This document shows, piece by piece, positions 38,348 to 47,583 of a stretch of 64,000 bases of DNA. How positions within the stretch are numbered: the first letter of the stretch is position 1; each line of letters starts with the position of its first letter. The stretch is taken from positions 62,001-126,000 of IMG/VR virus record IMGVR_UViG_3300037054_000148. One strand, 5' to 3'. Made by a program: the position numbers and the translations under genes. A model generated the notes under the pieces. That model was not told the origin of the DNA. It ran no database searches and saw only the letters and a list, made by a program, of their open reading frames with translations.

Positions 38348-39555
38348 GCAACCTTCCTAGCAAGAATATAGAAACTCCAAAACGCATCCGGATAGCAAGA
38401 ATACTCTTCTACACGTAGATTGGTGTTTTGATTGATCCATTTAGTTAGAGTGAGAGGGGATGGAGCCCATACGTGGTTATCCCCCACCCATAGCCCCCCA
38501 GGCTTCCACATTTCCATAGATGGGTGCGGTAGGTAGATTAAACAGGTTCCTCCAACCCTGAGAGAGGCATCCCACAATCTTAACTCTTCTCCCCATTCTT
38601 TTATATGTTCTAGGCAGTGAGAAGAGAAGATGTAGTCGAATGGAGCTTGGTTAAACCGGCTCCTCTCGCTTTCATTATGAATGGCGATGGCTCCTGGAAG
38701 TGGCCACTGACTGGAACCAACATCAAGCCCCTTTCCTCGGCAGTGCATTAAGGCGATGGGTTTAATTCCCTCCGTTCCATTACCTTCATTCAGGTATACT
38801 GGGTATTTCTCCTCTTGTAGGGCGGATTCGATTTCCCACGTTAACTCTGTCTTGTTCATAGCCCTCTGAACCCCTGGATAGGCTCGGGTGGCCGCAGGGT
38901 AGAGGGGGCTGTAAAATCCCACAATTTTTCTTACCCCAGTCGCATGAGCGATGTGAAGCCCAGAGCTATCGGGGCCAATGAACATATCAGCTTTGCGGAT
39001 AGCATCTACAAATTCTTCATTTGGCATTCCAGACCGAAGTAGGGTGATCGGATTTCCAGATTTTCGCATAAGCTCCATGGGGAGGTCTGATGCGGTAAAG
39101 TCTCGCCCATCTGCTCTCCCACTTTCTCGTAGTTGGATTACAATCGAGTGATCAGATTCAGGCCCGTAGGAGTTCAAACAGGGGGTTCGGCGCAAGAGTC
39201 GAACATTTGCAACCGCAGCAAACGCATCTACTCCATGTAGTCCACAAAGCTGCTCGATCACTCCATTAAAGGAGAAGTGGTTGACGGGAGTTTCCTCATC
39301 AAACAGCCCATTCATATCCGTAATGAGGGGTCCGGTTTCCATTTTTCCGTAACGGCTAAAATCGTCGTTCTCTAGGAGAACCCTCCACACGAATGGGCTG
39401 CCTGCTAACACCCAGGCATACTGCTTGTGAGTTCTGATGATGATTCGGGCCGGAGCATATTCATAATAGAGGGCTTCGATGGTTGGTTCGATCATCAACC
39501 AGTCCCCAATGCCACCACCTCTCGTAATCACGATATAGTTATAACCTTGGTCCAC
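38344..39555 (-). CDS. GT9-like glycosyltransferase fused to SAM methyltransferase
   Basis: 403 aa; GTG start after AGGAG; RGGGIGDWL and FIGPDSSGLHIA (GT9); GLDVGS, FDYIFSSHCLEH, LRVGG..LIYLP (MTase). Confidence 0.8.
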   Translation of the reverse strand: MDQGYNYIVITRGGGIGDWLMIEPTIEALYYEYAPARIIIRTHKQYAWVLAGSPFVWRVLLENDDFSRYGKMETGPLITDMNGLFDEETPVNHFSFNGVIEQLCGLHGVDAFAAVANVRLLRRTPCLNSYGPESDHSIVIQLRESGRADGRDFTASDLPMELMRKSGNPITLLRSGMPNEEFVDAIRKADMFIGPDSSGLHIAHATGVRKIVGFYSPLYPAATRAYPGVQRAMNKTELTWEIESALQEEKYPVYLNEGNGTEGIKPIALMHCRGKGLDVGSSQWPLPGAIAIHNESERSRFNQAPFDYIFSSHCLEHIKEWGEELRLWDASLRVGGTCLIYLPHPSMEMWKPGGLWVGDNHVWAPSPLTLTKWINQNTNLRVEEYSCYPDAFWSFYILARKVA

Positions 39556-39607
39556 AGAAACTCCTGCTCATTCTCTTACTAATACTCCGTCAGAGACCAA
39601 ACTATGC

Positions 39608-39623
39608 GGTATTTTCAAATACC
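39608..39623. promoter_or_regulatory. Short palindrome in divergent promoter region
   Basis: GGTATTT-TC-AAATACC between divergent operons. Confidence 0.3.
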
Positions 39624-39650
39624 AGCCCCTTTTAGAGAGGTGCTAGTATC

Positions 39651-40073
39651 ATGTTCAAGTTTTCCGCAAAGCTCTTGACCGCAGACGCATGGGATGGGAT
39701 CGATATTAAGCTCCACAACCGCGAACAGGATTTGTGGGCCAGACAGGTCTGGCGTGGGCTTAATGACCAATATAGCAAACTTAAAGAGCAGTACAAAATC
39801 AAGGGTGTGGCCCTCAAAGAGTGGCTCAAGGAATACGGTATCGGTGGGCTCGTGCAGTCTAAGGATCAGGTTGTTGTTGGAGCGATGAGAGAAATTGCCA
39901 AACTGTTAGACGAGACGGTGAAATCCAACAAAGAGGGTGGGGCTTATCGTCAGAATGAGGTCCAGGCGTTCAAGAACGAGTATGGCACCAACAGAATTGA
40001 CTGGCTTTACGCTCTGAACGGTCAGAAACGCAGTAGTAAGAGTCGTAAGGTCAATTCGGGATTGTTGGAGTAA
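39651..40073 (+). CDS. Hypothetical protein
   Basis: 140 aa; GAGGTG RBS; no motif recognised. Confidence 0.6.
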   Translation: MFKFSAKLLTADAWDGIDIKLHNREQDLWARQVWRGLNDQYSKLKEQYKIKGVALKEWLKEYGIGGLVQSKDQVVVGAMREIAKLLDETVKSNKEGGAYRQNEVQAFKNEYGTNRIDWLYALNGQKRSSKSRKVNSGLLE

Positions 40074-40075
40074 CG

Positions 40076-40828
40076 ATGGATATTCAGGCCATTGCTAAGA
40101 AATACATCAACATGATGCCTAAGTCCAAATCTGGACTGACTATGCCCACTCCAAAAATTGTGATTGTCAATGCGTTGACAACCAAGTGGAACGGGATTAC
40201 CGTATGGGACGGCAAGGGTCTGGATACGGTGGTAATCAAGCTCCAGAAGCGAATCACCAAGGATGAAGAGTCATTAAACCGGATTATCGCTCACGAAATC
40301 TGCCATGCCTGGGCTTTCTGGATGGTGGGAATCAACGAGGAACGGAGTCCCTGGCACCGTGGTCACTCGGCTACGGGAGGATGGTGGAAGGCGGCTCAGA
40401 TTATCAACCAGAATGAAGGGAACCCCGAGTTTGTGACTGAAATCTCGGATGAGGCCATTGTGATAAATAATGACAAAGTGTTTTACGTTTACTTGGAAAA
40501 GAACTCCAGGGGATTGTTTTGGGCATGGTTCAGCCGAGTTACAGATAATCTAGCCCGACAGCTTCGTTATCGAATCAGTAACGCAGAGCTTTATAACTAC
40601 CCTATTACGGTAATTAAGACAAGTGATGAGAGGTTTCTCATCCCAGCCGCAAAACTTCCCAGATGTGCTAGATTAGCGGAAATGCCAGAAAATTTAACTA
40701 ACAAGATCGAAGAGGCACTCATGAGAAACCCAATTGATATTGATACACCTAGGGATATCAAAACAATTATTTCTCAGGCTAAGACAGCCGAATGGAAACA
40801 GAAACGGAAAGCTCATTTTCTAGTTTGA
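40076..40828 (+). CDS. SprT-like zinc metallopeptidase domain protein
   Basis: IKLQ...IIAHEICHA...GH...W (HExxH plus downstream His). Confidence 0.7.
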   Translation: MDIQAIAKKYINMMPKSKSGLTMPTPKIVIVNALTTKWNGITVWDGKGLDTVVIKLQKRITKDEESLNRIIAHEICHAWAFWMVGINEERSPWHRGHSATGGWWKAAQIINQNEGNPEFVTEISDEAIVINNDKVFYVYLEKNSRGLFWAWFSRVTDNLARQLRYRISNAELYNYPITVIKTSDERFLIPAAKLPRCARLAEMPENLTNKIEEALMRNPIDIDTPRDIKTIISQAKTAEWKQKRKAHFLV

Positions 40829-40878
40829 TTCTTTCTAGTCAAAGCTGCCGTAGGATCCAAATACGAGTATCAAGATAA

Positions 40879-41532
40879 ATGCCCATCTCTGGAATCTACA
40901 TCATAATAAATCCCGTCTCGGCTACCGCTTATATTGGTCAGGCTTGCGATGTCAGGAGACGATGGAATACGCATAAGTCTATGCTGAATCGCAAGAAGCA
41001 TCAAAACCCCCATCTTCAGGCGGCTTGGAATAAATATGGATCAGAAAACTTTTTGTTTGAACTTCTAGAGACTTGCGAGGGAAAAGAAGACTTATTAGAG
41101 GCGGAGCAATTTTGGGTAGATTACCTTTCGTTTATAGGTGGGAAGCTTTACAACATCTCTTCTCCCACTTTCTCTATGCTAGGTTTTCATCACTCTGAAG
41201 AGGTGAAACGCAAGCTATCTGTTTTTCATACTGGAAATACTTGGGCCAAAGGGAATAAACTGTCTCTAGAGACTAGGACGAAAATGTCAGAAAAAGCGTT
41301 TTCAGAGGAAACTAGACGAAATATGGCAGAAGGGCAAAGAGGGAGAATTCATTCCGCTGAAACTAAGCAGAAAATAAAATTAGCTACTTTGGGAAGAAAA
41401 GTTTCAGAGGAAACAAAAAAGAAGAGAGCCGAAACGTTAAAAAATAGATCCAGGGTTAGCAATGAGGAAACAAATCTCAAGCGTTCCATTTCTTTAAAAA
41501 ATTATTGGAACAAAAAAAGAGGGGCTGAATAG
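40879..41532 (+). CDS. GIY-YIG homing endonuclease with NUMOD3 repeats
   Basis: SGIYIIIN...YIGQA...RW..H...H.NPHLQAAWNKYG...EQFW; HSEE/HSAETK repeats. Confidence 0.9.
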   Translation: MPISGIYIIINPVSATAYIGQACDVRRRWNTHKSMLNRKKHQNPHLQAAWNKYGSENFLFELLETCEGKEDLLEAEQFWVDYLSFIGGKLYNISSPTFSMLGFHHSEEVKRKLSVFHTGNTWAKGNKLSLETRTKMSEKAFSEETRRNMAEGQRGRIHSAETKQKIKLATLGRKVSEETKKKRAETLKNRSRVSNEETNLKRSISLKNYWNKKRGAE

Positions 41533-41939
41533 TGAGCAAAAAGACTTATTCCGACATTGTTTGCTTGGTTCGTAACGAAATTGATTCAATACGAAAACGA
41601 GATGGGGAGTTGGCACCCTCTGCATATGTGGTTATGGAGATTGCAACACGCATGAAGAACGTCCAGCCTTGGGACGGATATGATCAGACCGCCACTCTAG
41701 CCCTCAACCTCAGAGGAGTGATTGAGGAGATTTTGAAGGGAAAGAAAAACCCCCTCCGTCAGGTCGATCCTAAGAAAACAGAGGATCCCGACATGGAAGT
41801 GATCTGGATTAGCCCAAATGAATATGATAATCTTGAGGACTCACTTGGAAGTAAACAATTAGTGGGGCGATCCGTTGACCGGTGCCCCACTTTGACCAAA
41901 AAAGAAAAACTGAAGAAGAGGCTCAAGCAAGCCAGTTAG
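41532..41939 (+). CDS. Hypothetical protein
   Basis: 135 aa; GTG start overlapping the upstream TAG, GAGGGG RBS. Confidence 0.55.
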   Translation: MSKKTYSDIVCLVRNEIDSIRKRDGELAPSAYVVMEIATRMKNVQPWDGYDQTATLALNLRGVIEEILKGKKNPLRQVDPKKTEDPDMEVIWISPNEYDNLEDSLGSKQLVGRSVDRCPTLTKKEKLKKRLKQAS

Positions 41940-42583
41940 ACTGGATGTCCAAAATCTGTAAGATCTGGATCCGACATCCCTCTGAAGAAATGCCATTTGT
42001 CATCCACTCCTTCCACTACTTCGGGATCATACCAATGGCATGAATCCTCCTCCCTGAACTGAGTTTCGATCAAATGGTCCACTGAGTGATAGAGGTCTTC
42101 CAGCGTTCCACAGTTTACCAGCACACAATCAAACCCCTCATACGAAAGCATGTCGATTTCTGAGGCGTGTTTGGCCACTTCTTCACTCACTTGCTCCTCT
42201 GCGGCTCTGGCAGTTTCGGCTCTGATTAATTTGACTAAAAAGAACCCCGCTTTCTTTAGGGCCTCAAACTCGTTATTAAACCTTGCATCCGTTACGACAA
42301 TATTGACGGATGGCCCCCAATTTGCGGCTTCCTCAATAAGAATATCTACCCAAATGTTAGGGTTTTTAGCCCTGGCCCACTCAGTTCCAATATACTGCAA
42401 AAATTGTCTATCCTTTTCCACTGGGAGGTGGCATCGTTGCTGTGCAAACTCCAGAATTTCATAGATGGGGGTGGCAAATTTCATAATGACCCCATTATGG
42501 TTCTTGACGATGTAATCTCCGCACGTATCCTTCCCTGAACGCATCTGCCCAGCGAATGCTATCTTGATTTGTTTCATTTGCAC
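41936..42583 (-). CDS. Deoxynucleoside monophosphate kinase (T4 gp1-like)
   Basis: AFAGQMRSGKDT P-loop, FATPIY, RQFLQYIGTEWAR, IWVD, VTDARFNNE, HASE. Confidence 0.9.
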   Translation of the reverse strand: MQMKQIKIAFAGQMRSGKDTCGDYIVKNHNGVIMKFATPIYEILEFAQQRCHLPVEKDRQFLQYIGTEWARAKNPNIWVDILIEEAANWGPSVNIVVTDARFNNEFEALKKAGFFLVKLIRAETARAAEEQVSEEVAKHASEIDMLSYEGFDCVLVNCGTLEDLYHSVDHLIETQFREEDSCHWYDPEVVEGVDDKWHFFRGMSDPDLTDFGHPV

Positions 42584-45312
42584 ACCCCCAACTCAGTCAA
42601 AAACCTACTCGGGGCCACCCACTGTGGCTCTTTGTAAGCAAATTCAATCGCCGCAGGCACCCCAAGCACCAGTGTATCCTTAGCCCTGGTGCAGGCTACG
42701 TAAAATAGGCGTCTTTCCTCGCTGATTTCTTCATCTGAGGTGCAAAACTTGTGAGGTAGGCTCCCATCATAGAGGCCGACGACATAAACAGTCTTCCACT
42801 CCAGCCCCTTGGCCGCATGAATGGTACTGATGATGATCTTGCCCTCCCCACCTATGTCCTTTTGGTCTTGCATCGTTAGCTGGAACACCACATCGTCAAT
42901 CGTCATCTCTCTTTCAGCCATTAACGCATTGATCATTTCCTTGAGCCGCACGATATTATTCAGCTTTTGTTCAATTTTATCCTTGTGCTTTTCATATTTC
43001 TTCTTCAAATATGTCTCATAACCAATGGCTCTGACCAAATAATCAATTGCATCAGAGGGGTCGTGAGAGCGTTTCACCAACTCATCCACAATATTGAGGT
43101 AGCCCCCAAGTTTCTGAAGCTGACTTCCTCGTAGACTCTCCACTAAGTTCCCTTCATGCTTCAGATTAGCATTCAGGAGCACCTTATCTAGTGCGGCATC
43201 TCCAACACCTCGCTTTGGCACCATACTGGACCGCCGCATGGCTGAGAAATCATGAGGGTTAGACGCGATTTTGAGGTAAGAGAGGATGTCTTTGACCTCC
43301 TCAGCCTGCAACAGTCCCATGGCCCCTCTGATGATGTAAGGGATTCGGTTTTTGACCAATTCGGTCTCAATATCACGGACCTGAGACCCTGCACGAACCA
43401 GAATGGCGATATCCTTATATTGAACCTTTGCATTTTTGTTAAGAATCTCCACACTAATCGATTCGGCCAGATCTCTGGGGGTGTTGGAGTGTCGGAGAAG
43501 AATTTGTCCATGCTCATCCTTACCCCCACGATGGGACTCCATCCGAAGGGGGATCGTATCTGTCATGAAAGTCTGAACTTTGTTCGCCAAGGTGACAATT
43601 TCAGGCACCGATCTATGGTTTCGTTCCAATTTGTAGAGCCTAGGCTGCACTCCTCGCCATTCCTTGGTATAATTCAAGAGAATGCCAGGGTTTGCCCCAT
43701 TGAATCCATAAATGGACTGATTGATATCTCCCACACAGAGCATGTTGAAGTTACCAGGGGGTAGGATAGAGTTTATCATATTCCACTGACAGTTTTTTAC
43801 TACAACTCCATTAGCCACATAGGTATGATAGTTTTCGACATCCATTGAGTACACAATACCAGAATAAGGAGTCCTTTTGACACTCTTTATAACTATTCTT
43901 TTACCAGTCTCTGGAGAGGGTAGAGACATTAATCCGGGGATTAGGTTGGTGGCCCTAGTTTCACACCATCTTTTGTGTATCTTAGTTCCCCCCTCTTCTT
44001 TTGAATAGAGGGGGTAGTCAAACATACGTCCATGAGCCCTTAAACATTCCACGCCATTTCCATTTGTCTCACTAAATACTAAATGAATTAAGCTCTCATG
44101 TCTTTCTCCATTTGTGGGCTCGAATTGGGTCATAGGAATCCCATAAAGGCATGAAGTTATCTGTTCCCATGCTCGTGAGTCTTGCTTAGTTTCCACTATT
44201 TTTAAAATCCATGCCCGATCTGCCTTCTCTTCCTGAATCCTTCTTACAAACCCCCCATAGGGGCCACAGCCAATTCTTCTATAGCCTAGAGAGCACTGCC
44301 CAACTCGGAAGCCAAAACCTTCTCTCCACATTAAATAAATAGCATAACTATCACTGTCATTTAGAGCAACATATACTCGATGATCAGGGGTCATTTGAAG
44401 GGTTCCGCCCTCATAAGTGATGTCTATCATATCCCCATTGTACACACGCTCTCCGATAGTAATGGGAGATCCATGCATAACTAGCTTGCCGTGTCCCCGC
44501 TCCCAAGGAACCACCCTGTCCTTATCTTTGAGAGACTCTATGGGAACCTCCTTATGCACAGTTTTGATACCATCCATTCCTACGAGCTTGCGAATCATTG
44601 TTCCTGGAGGGTGACAAGTGTTGGTGTCCTGAGCCTCATCCATCAGCACGAAATCAAACTGCCGTTGAAGGTTGTGCAGCCATTTCTCGTCAGTTTGCCC
44701 CCTTCGAACAAATAAATGAATCATATCGTCAAAGTCCACAACAGAGTCATGTGTTTTCTGCTTCTCATAGGCTAACCAGATCTCCAATTCCTGGTTGGAC
44801 ATCGCATGATAACCCGCATGGGCCACCAGAGCCTTCTGATGCACCTCGGAGGTGTAATCGACTCGAAACCCCACCCCTCTGGCCCTATGGTAGGCCAGTT
44901 TGTCCTTGAGCAGGTAAGGGTTGAGTATGTCACCCAACTCCCTATCCTCAATCAGCTTCTTCAGCATCTCTTTTTGGTCATATTCATCCAGAGGGGTAAC
45001 TTTTTCGTTCAGACCGAATCCTTTAGGGGCTCGTCTGATGGCACTCAATGCTAGTGAATGTATGGTCCCAATCCAGGGGTGACTTGGTTCCGCCGCCATG
45101 CCGACCCGTTCTAGAATCTCATTTGCGGCTTTGTTGGTAAAGGTCAGGGCGAGGATTCGCTTTGGGCTGACCTCATCATCTATAAGATGTTTAATCCTGG
45201 CCGTCAAAACGGTGGTTTTGCCACTCCCCGCCCCCGCACAAATGGCAGCGGGAGTTCCGATAGGGTGTAGCACAGCGAGGCGTTGTTCGTCATTTAGAGC
45301 AGAGAAGTCCAT
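42574..45312 (-). CDS. uvrD: UvrD/PcrA/Rep-family SF1 helicase containing an intein
   Basis: AGAGSGKT, LTFTNKAA, TIHS, DFDD, DEAQD, VGDINQSIYGF, LERNHRS, STIHAAKGLEW, EERRLFYVACTRA. Confidence 0.95.
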   Translation of the reverse strand: MDFSALNDEQRLAVLHPIGTPAAICAGAGSGKTTVLTARIKHLIDDEVSPKRILALTFTNKAANEILERVGMAAEPSHPWIGTIHSLALSAIRRAPKGFGLNEKVTPLDEYDQKEMLKKLIEDRELGDILNPYLLKDKLAYHRARGVGFRVDYTSEVHQKALVAHAGYHAMSNQELEIWLAYEKQKTHDSVVDFDDMIHLFVRRGQTDEKWLHNLQRQFDFVLMDEAQDTNTCHPPGTMIRKLVGMDGIKTVHKEVPIESLKDKDRVVPWERGHGKLVMHGSPITIGERVYNGDMIDITYEGGTLQMTPDHRVYVALNDSDSYAIYLMWREGFGFRVGQCSLGYRRIGCGPYGGFVRRIQEEKADRAWILKIVETKQDSRAWEQITSCLYGIPMTQFEPTNGERHESLIHLVFSETNGNGVECLRAHGRMFDYPLYSKEEGGTKIHKRWCETRATNLIPGLMSLPSPETGKRIVIKSVKRTPYSGIVYSMDVENYHTYVANGVVVKNCQWNMINSILPPGNFNMLCVGDINQSIYGFNGANPGILLNYTKEWRGVQPRLYKLERNHRSVPEIVTLANKVQTFMTDTIPLRMESHRGGKDEHGQILLRHSNTPRDLAESISVEILNKNAKVQYKDIAILVRAGSQVRDIETELVKNRIPYIIRGAMGLLQAEEVKDILSYLKIASNPHDFSAMRRSSMVPKRGVGDAALDKVLLNANLKHEGNLVESLRGSQLQKLGGYLNIVDELVKRSHDPSDAIDYLVRAIGYETYLKKKYEKHKDKIEQKLNNIVRLKEMINALMAEREMTIDDVVFQLTMQDQKDIGGEGKIIISTIHAAKGLEWKTVYVVGLYDGSLPHKFCTSDEEISEERRLFYVACTRAKDTLVLGVPAAIEFAYKEPQWVAPSRFLTELGVCK
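43792..44616 (-). mobile_element. Intein (275 aa) in helicase, just after motif II
   Basis: DEAQDTNT|CHPPGT...TPDH...VYSMDVENYHTYVANGVVVKN|CQW; removal restores DEAQDTNTCQW. Confidence 0.9.
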
Positions 45313-45338
45313 ACCCAGATATTACTCAAAACTTTCCG

Positions 45339-45359
45339 TCTACCTATGCCTTTGGTGAG
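45339..45359 (+). promoter_or_regulatory. Candidate late-promoter motif TCT-N14-TGAG
   Basis: TCTACCTATGCCTTTGGTGAG at the head of the neck/tail operon. Confidence 0.3.
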
Positions 45360-45366
45360 GATTCGT

Positions 45367-46230
45367 ATGATAGCAATTGCATCTGGTCGGCAGCTTGGTC
45401 CTGGGGATCTCTCGATCACCATCAGAGATGAAAACGGGGCTCCGTTCAACCCCGCGACCATTACCTTCAGTATTTTTTCAACGGTGAACGGGGTTGAAAC
45501 CCTCATGAGCCAGCCTAACCTGACCCCCCAACAAAGGTGGACAGGGGTCTATTATGTGCAAATGGCCATTCCCACCATCTGGACCGGACAGTTCAAGCTC
45601 GTTTGGTACGTGGCCCAAAACTCAGGAGATCCCACTACCACCATTTACGAAGATTTCGAAGTAATCGAGTTCAACCCACCCACAAATTCTGTCGAAGCGA
45701 TGAGCGTCTACTTATCTATGCGTCCAGGTGTGACCCCTCAAACAGCAGAGTTGGTGATGAAGGTTCGGGAGCTTCTTTCCGATACAAACCCAGATAGAAA
45801 CTATCATTTTCGTCCTCCAACTCCTGCCAAGACGGTCGCAGGTTACACCTCAAGGGTCGGCTTTATCTGGGAAGACCATACCATTATTAGAATGCTCAAG
45901 TTGGCCATTGCTCAGCTTAATACCTGGAATCCCATGAATTGGTATAACTACTCGCTGGATACCCTCCCTGTTTCCAGAGGTGGGAGTGACTGGGGAGAGG
46001 CCGCAGCTTTGGGGGCCGCAGCAAAATGCCTCTCTGCTGAGGGGGCTCGTTGGGCTGCTGAAGAATTTGGCTATAGCCTGAATGGTGTGAGTCTAGACAT
46101 CAATAAGGCTGCAACTTACCAAAATCTAGCCCAGTCTTACGATGCGGAGTTTCAGATTTGGGCTCCCCTCATTACTGCCAATCGGCCTGCTTCTGTGGGC
46201 CTTCGTCAGAGTCGCTGGCTTCTGGGGTAA
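45367..46230 (+). CDS. Head-tail adaptor/neck-like protein with N-terminal Ig-like domain
   Basis: ATG 45367 after GAGG; TGVYY...W Ig-like part; VRELLSD...YSLNGVSLDINK...Y adaptor-like helical part; position before sheath. Confidence 0.5.
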   Translation: MIAIASGRQLGPGDLSITIRDENGAPFNPATITFSIFSTVNGVETLMSQPNLTPQQRWTGVYYVQMAIPTIWTGQFKLVWYVAQNSGDPTTTIYEDFEVIEFNPPTNSVEAMSVYLSMRPGVTPQTAELVMKVRELLSDTNPDRNYHFRPPTPAKTVAGYTSRVGFIWEDHTIIRMLKLAIAQLNTWNPMNWYNYSLDTLPVSRGGSDWGEAAALGAAAKCLSAEGARWAAEEFGYSLNGVSLDINKAATYQNLAQSYDAEFQIWAPLITANRPASVGLRQSRWLLG

Positions 46231-46233
46231 TCT

Positions 46234-47583
46234 ATGGCAGAGCTTCATTTCAATCATCCAGAGAATCACCGACCCGTCATGCACATGCATACAGAGCACC
46301 CTTCTATGATTCAGAATCTCATTGTGCTTAACAGCAATTATAATGGCTCTAGGGATATTTGCTGGACCAACTCAGATGACAAGAATGTGGTTGGCTATAA
46401 TATATACAGAGCGTTTGATTCTCCCACCGCATGGGCGCTCTTAAACCTAGGTAATCCTCTTCCCATCCCGTTCTATAGGGACCAGACCTCCTATCAGACT
46501 GTCACCTATACGGTGCAACCCGCTGATTGGGTAAGTTTTGGAGGGGATGGGTCGTATGTGTTTAAAATTCCGACCGCCCCCATCTGGTCCACCCCAGTCC
46601 CTAAGAGGCACCCAACTGTGGCAAACAATCCAGGTGATGTCCAACTCACCATTGACGGTGAGTTTGTTCCGGTGGCCAGGGTGGATGGCCAAGAAGCTTT
46701 GATTTACCTCCAGCAATATGGACTCAGCGGAGGGGGGTCGGTCACGGTCCTTCCCACTACCGATTTTGTTAAAAATGAGATTACCACCCGAACCGTAACC
46801 ATCACCTATTACTCCCTGCTAAATTATGTTGATATTTATCTGGCTGGGGCAGCCGGTACGAGGACATTTTATACAGTGGTTCCAGTTATGGCCGGTGGGT
46901 ATGAAGCACACAAACCAGGATTTTTCGGAACTGAAGTCAAAACCACCTATGAAATTGATAGCATGGATTATATATATGCTGAGATGGTCAGGAGAAACGC
47001 CTTTATTTTTGAGCAATCAGGGGAACCAGCTAACCTAATGATCCGGCGTACAAAGGGGGTGCCCTGCGGCTGTCTAGTTGCAAATGGAGAACCTCGAACT
47101 GGATGTGAGTCATGCTATGAGACCGGGATTATCGGTGGCTACTATGGCCCTTACGAGATATTGTTCATTGACCCTGATGTTGCTGCAATTCGGACTATAA
47201 ATGAGGGGGGAGTCAAGGTAGAACGTGCCAGCCGCTCCTATCTTGGTCCCACTCCTATGATTGCAGCCGGAGATTTCATTGTTCGTCGTAATGGTGAGCG
47301 ATTGGTTATCTCCGATCCTATTTACAAATCCCCTCGTGGTGTTTTGTTGCAACAGGACTTTGACGTAAATCTCCTGAGCCCCAATGACACTCGTTACCTC
47401 ATTCCTCTGGTCACTCCCCAGCCTCCTAATCTTCCAACCCAGATTTATGATCCTCGTTTTGTTGAAAAGCGTGAGCTTCCGGCTGAGCCGCTCACAGATC
47501 CGACTGGCCATCCTGATAAACAATGGGATAATAAGAGACGGCCAGAAGGAAGATCTGTTGTCTTCGGAAATATCATGTTATGA
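46234..47583 (+). CDS. Neck/head-closure-like virion protein
   Basis: 449 aa; FN3-like VGYNIYR; EQSGE...RRTKGVPCGC...CESCYETGIIGGY Cys motif; GDFIV. Confidence 0.5.
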   Translation: MAELHFNHPENHRPVMHMHTEHPSMIQNLIVLNSNYNGSRDICWTNSDDKNVVGYNIYRAFDSPTAWALLNLGNPLPIPFYRDQTSYQTVTYTVQPADWVSFGGDGSYVFKIPTAPIWSTPVPKRHPTVANNPGDVQLTIDGEFVPVARVDGQEALIYLQQYGLSGGGSVTVLPTTDFVKNEITTRTVTITYYSLLNYVDIYLAGAAGTRTFYTVVPVMAGGYEAHKPGFFGTEVKTTYEIDSMDYIYAEMVRRNAFIFEQSGEPANLMIRRTKGVPCGCLVANGEPRTGCESCYETGIIGGYYGPYEILFIDPDVAAIRTINEGGVKVERASRSYLGPTPMIAAGDFIVRRNGERLVISDPIYKSPRGVLLQQDFDVNLLSPNDTRYLIPLVTPQPPNLPTQIYDPRFVEKRELPAEPLTDPTGHPDKQWDNKRRPEGRSVVFGNIML

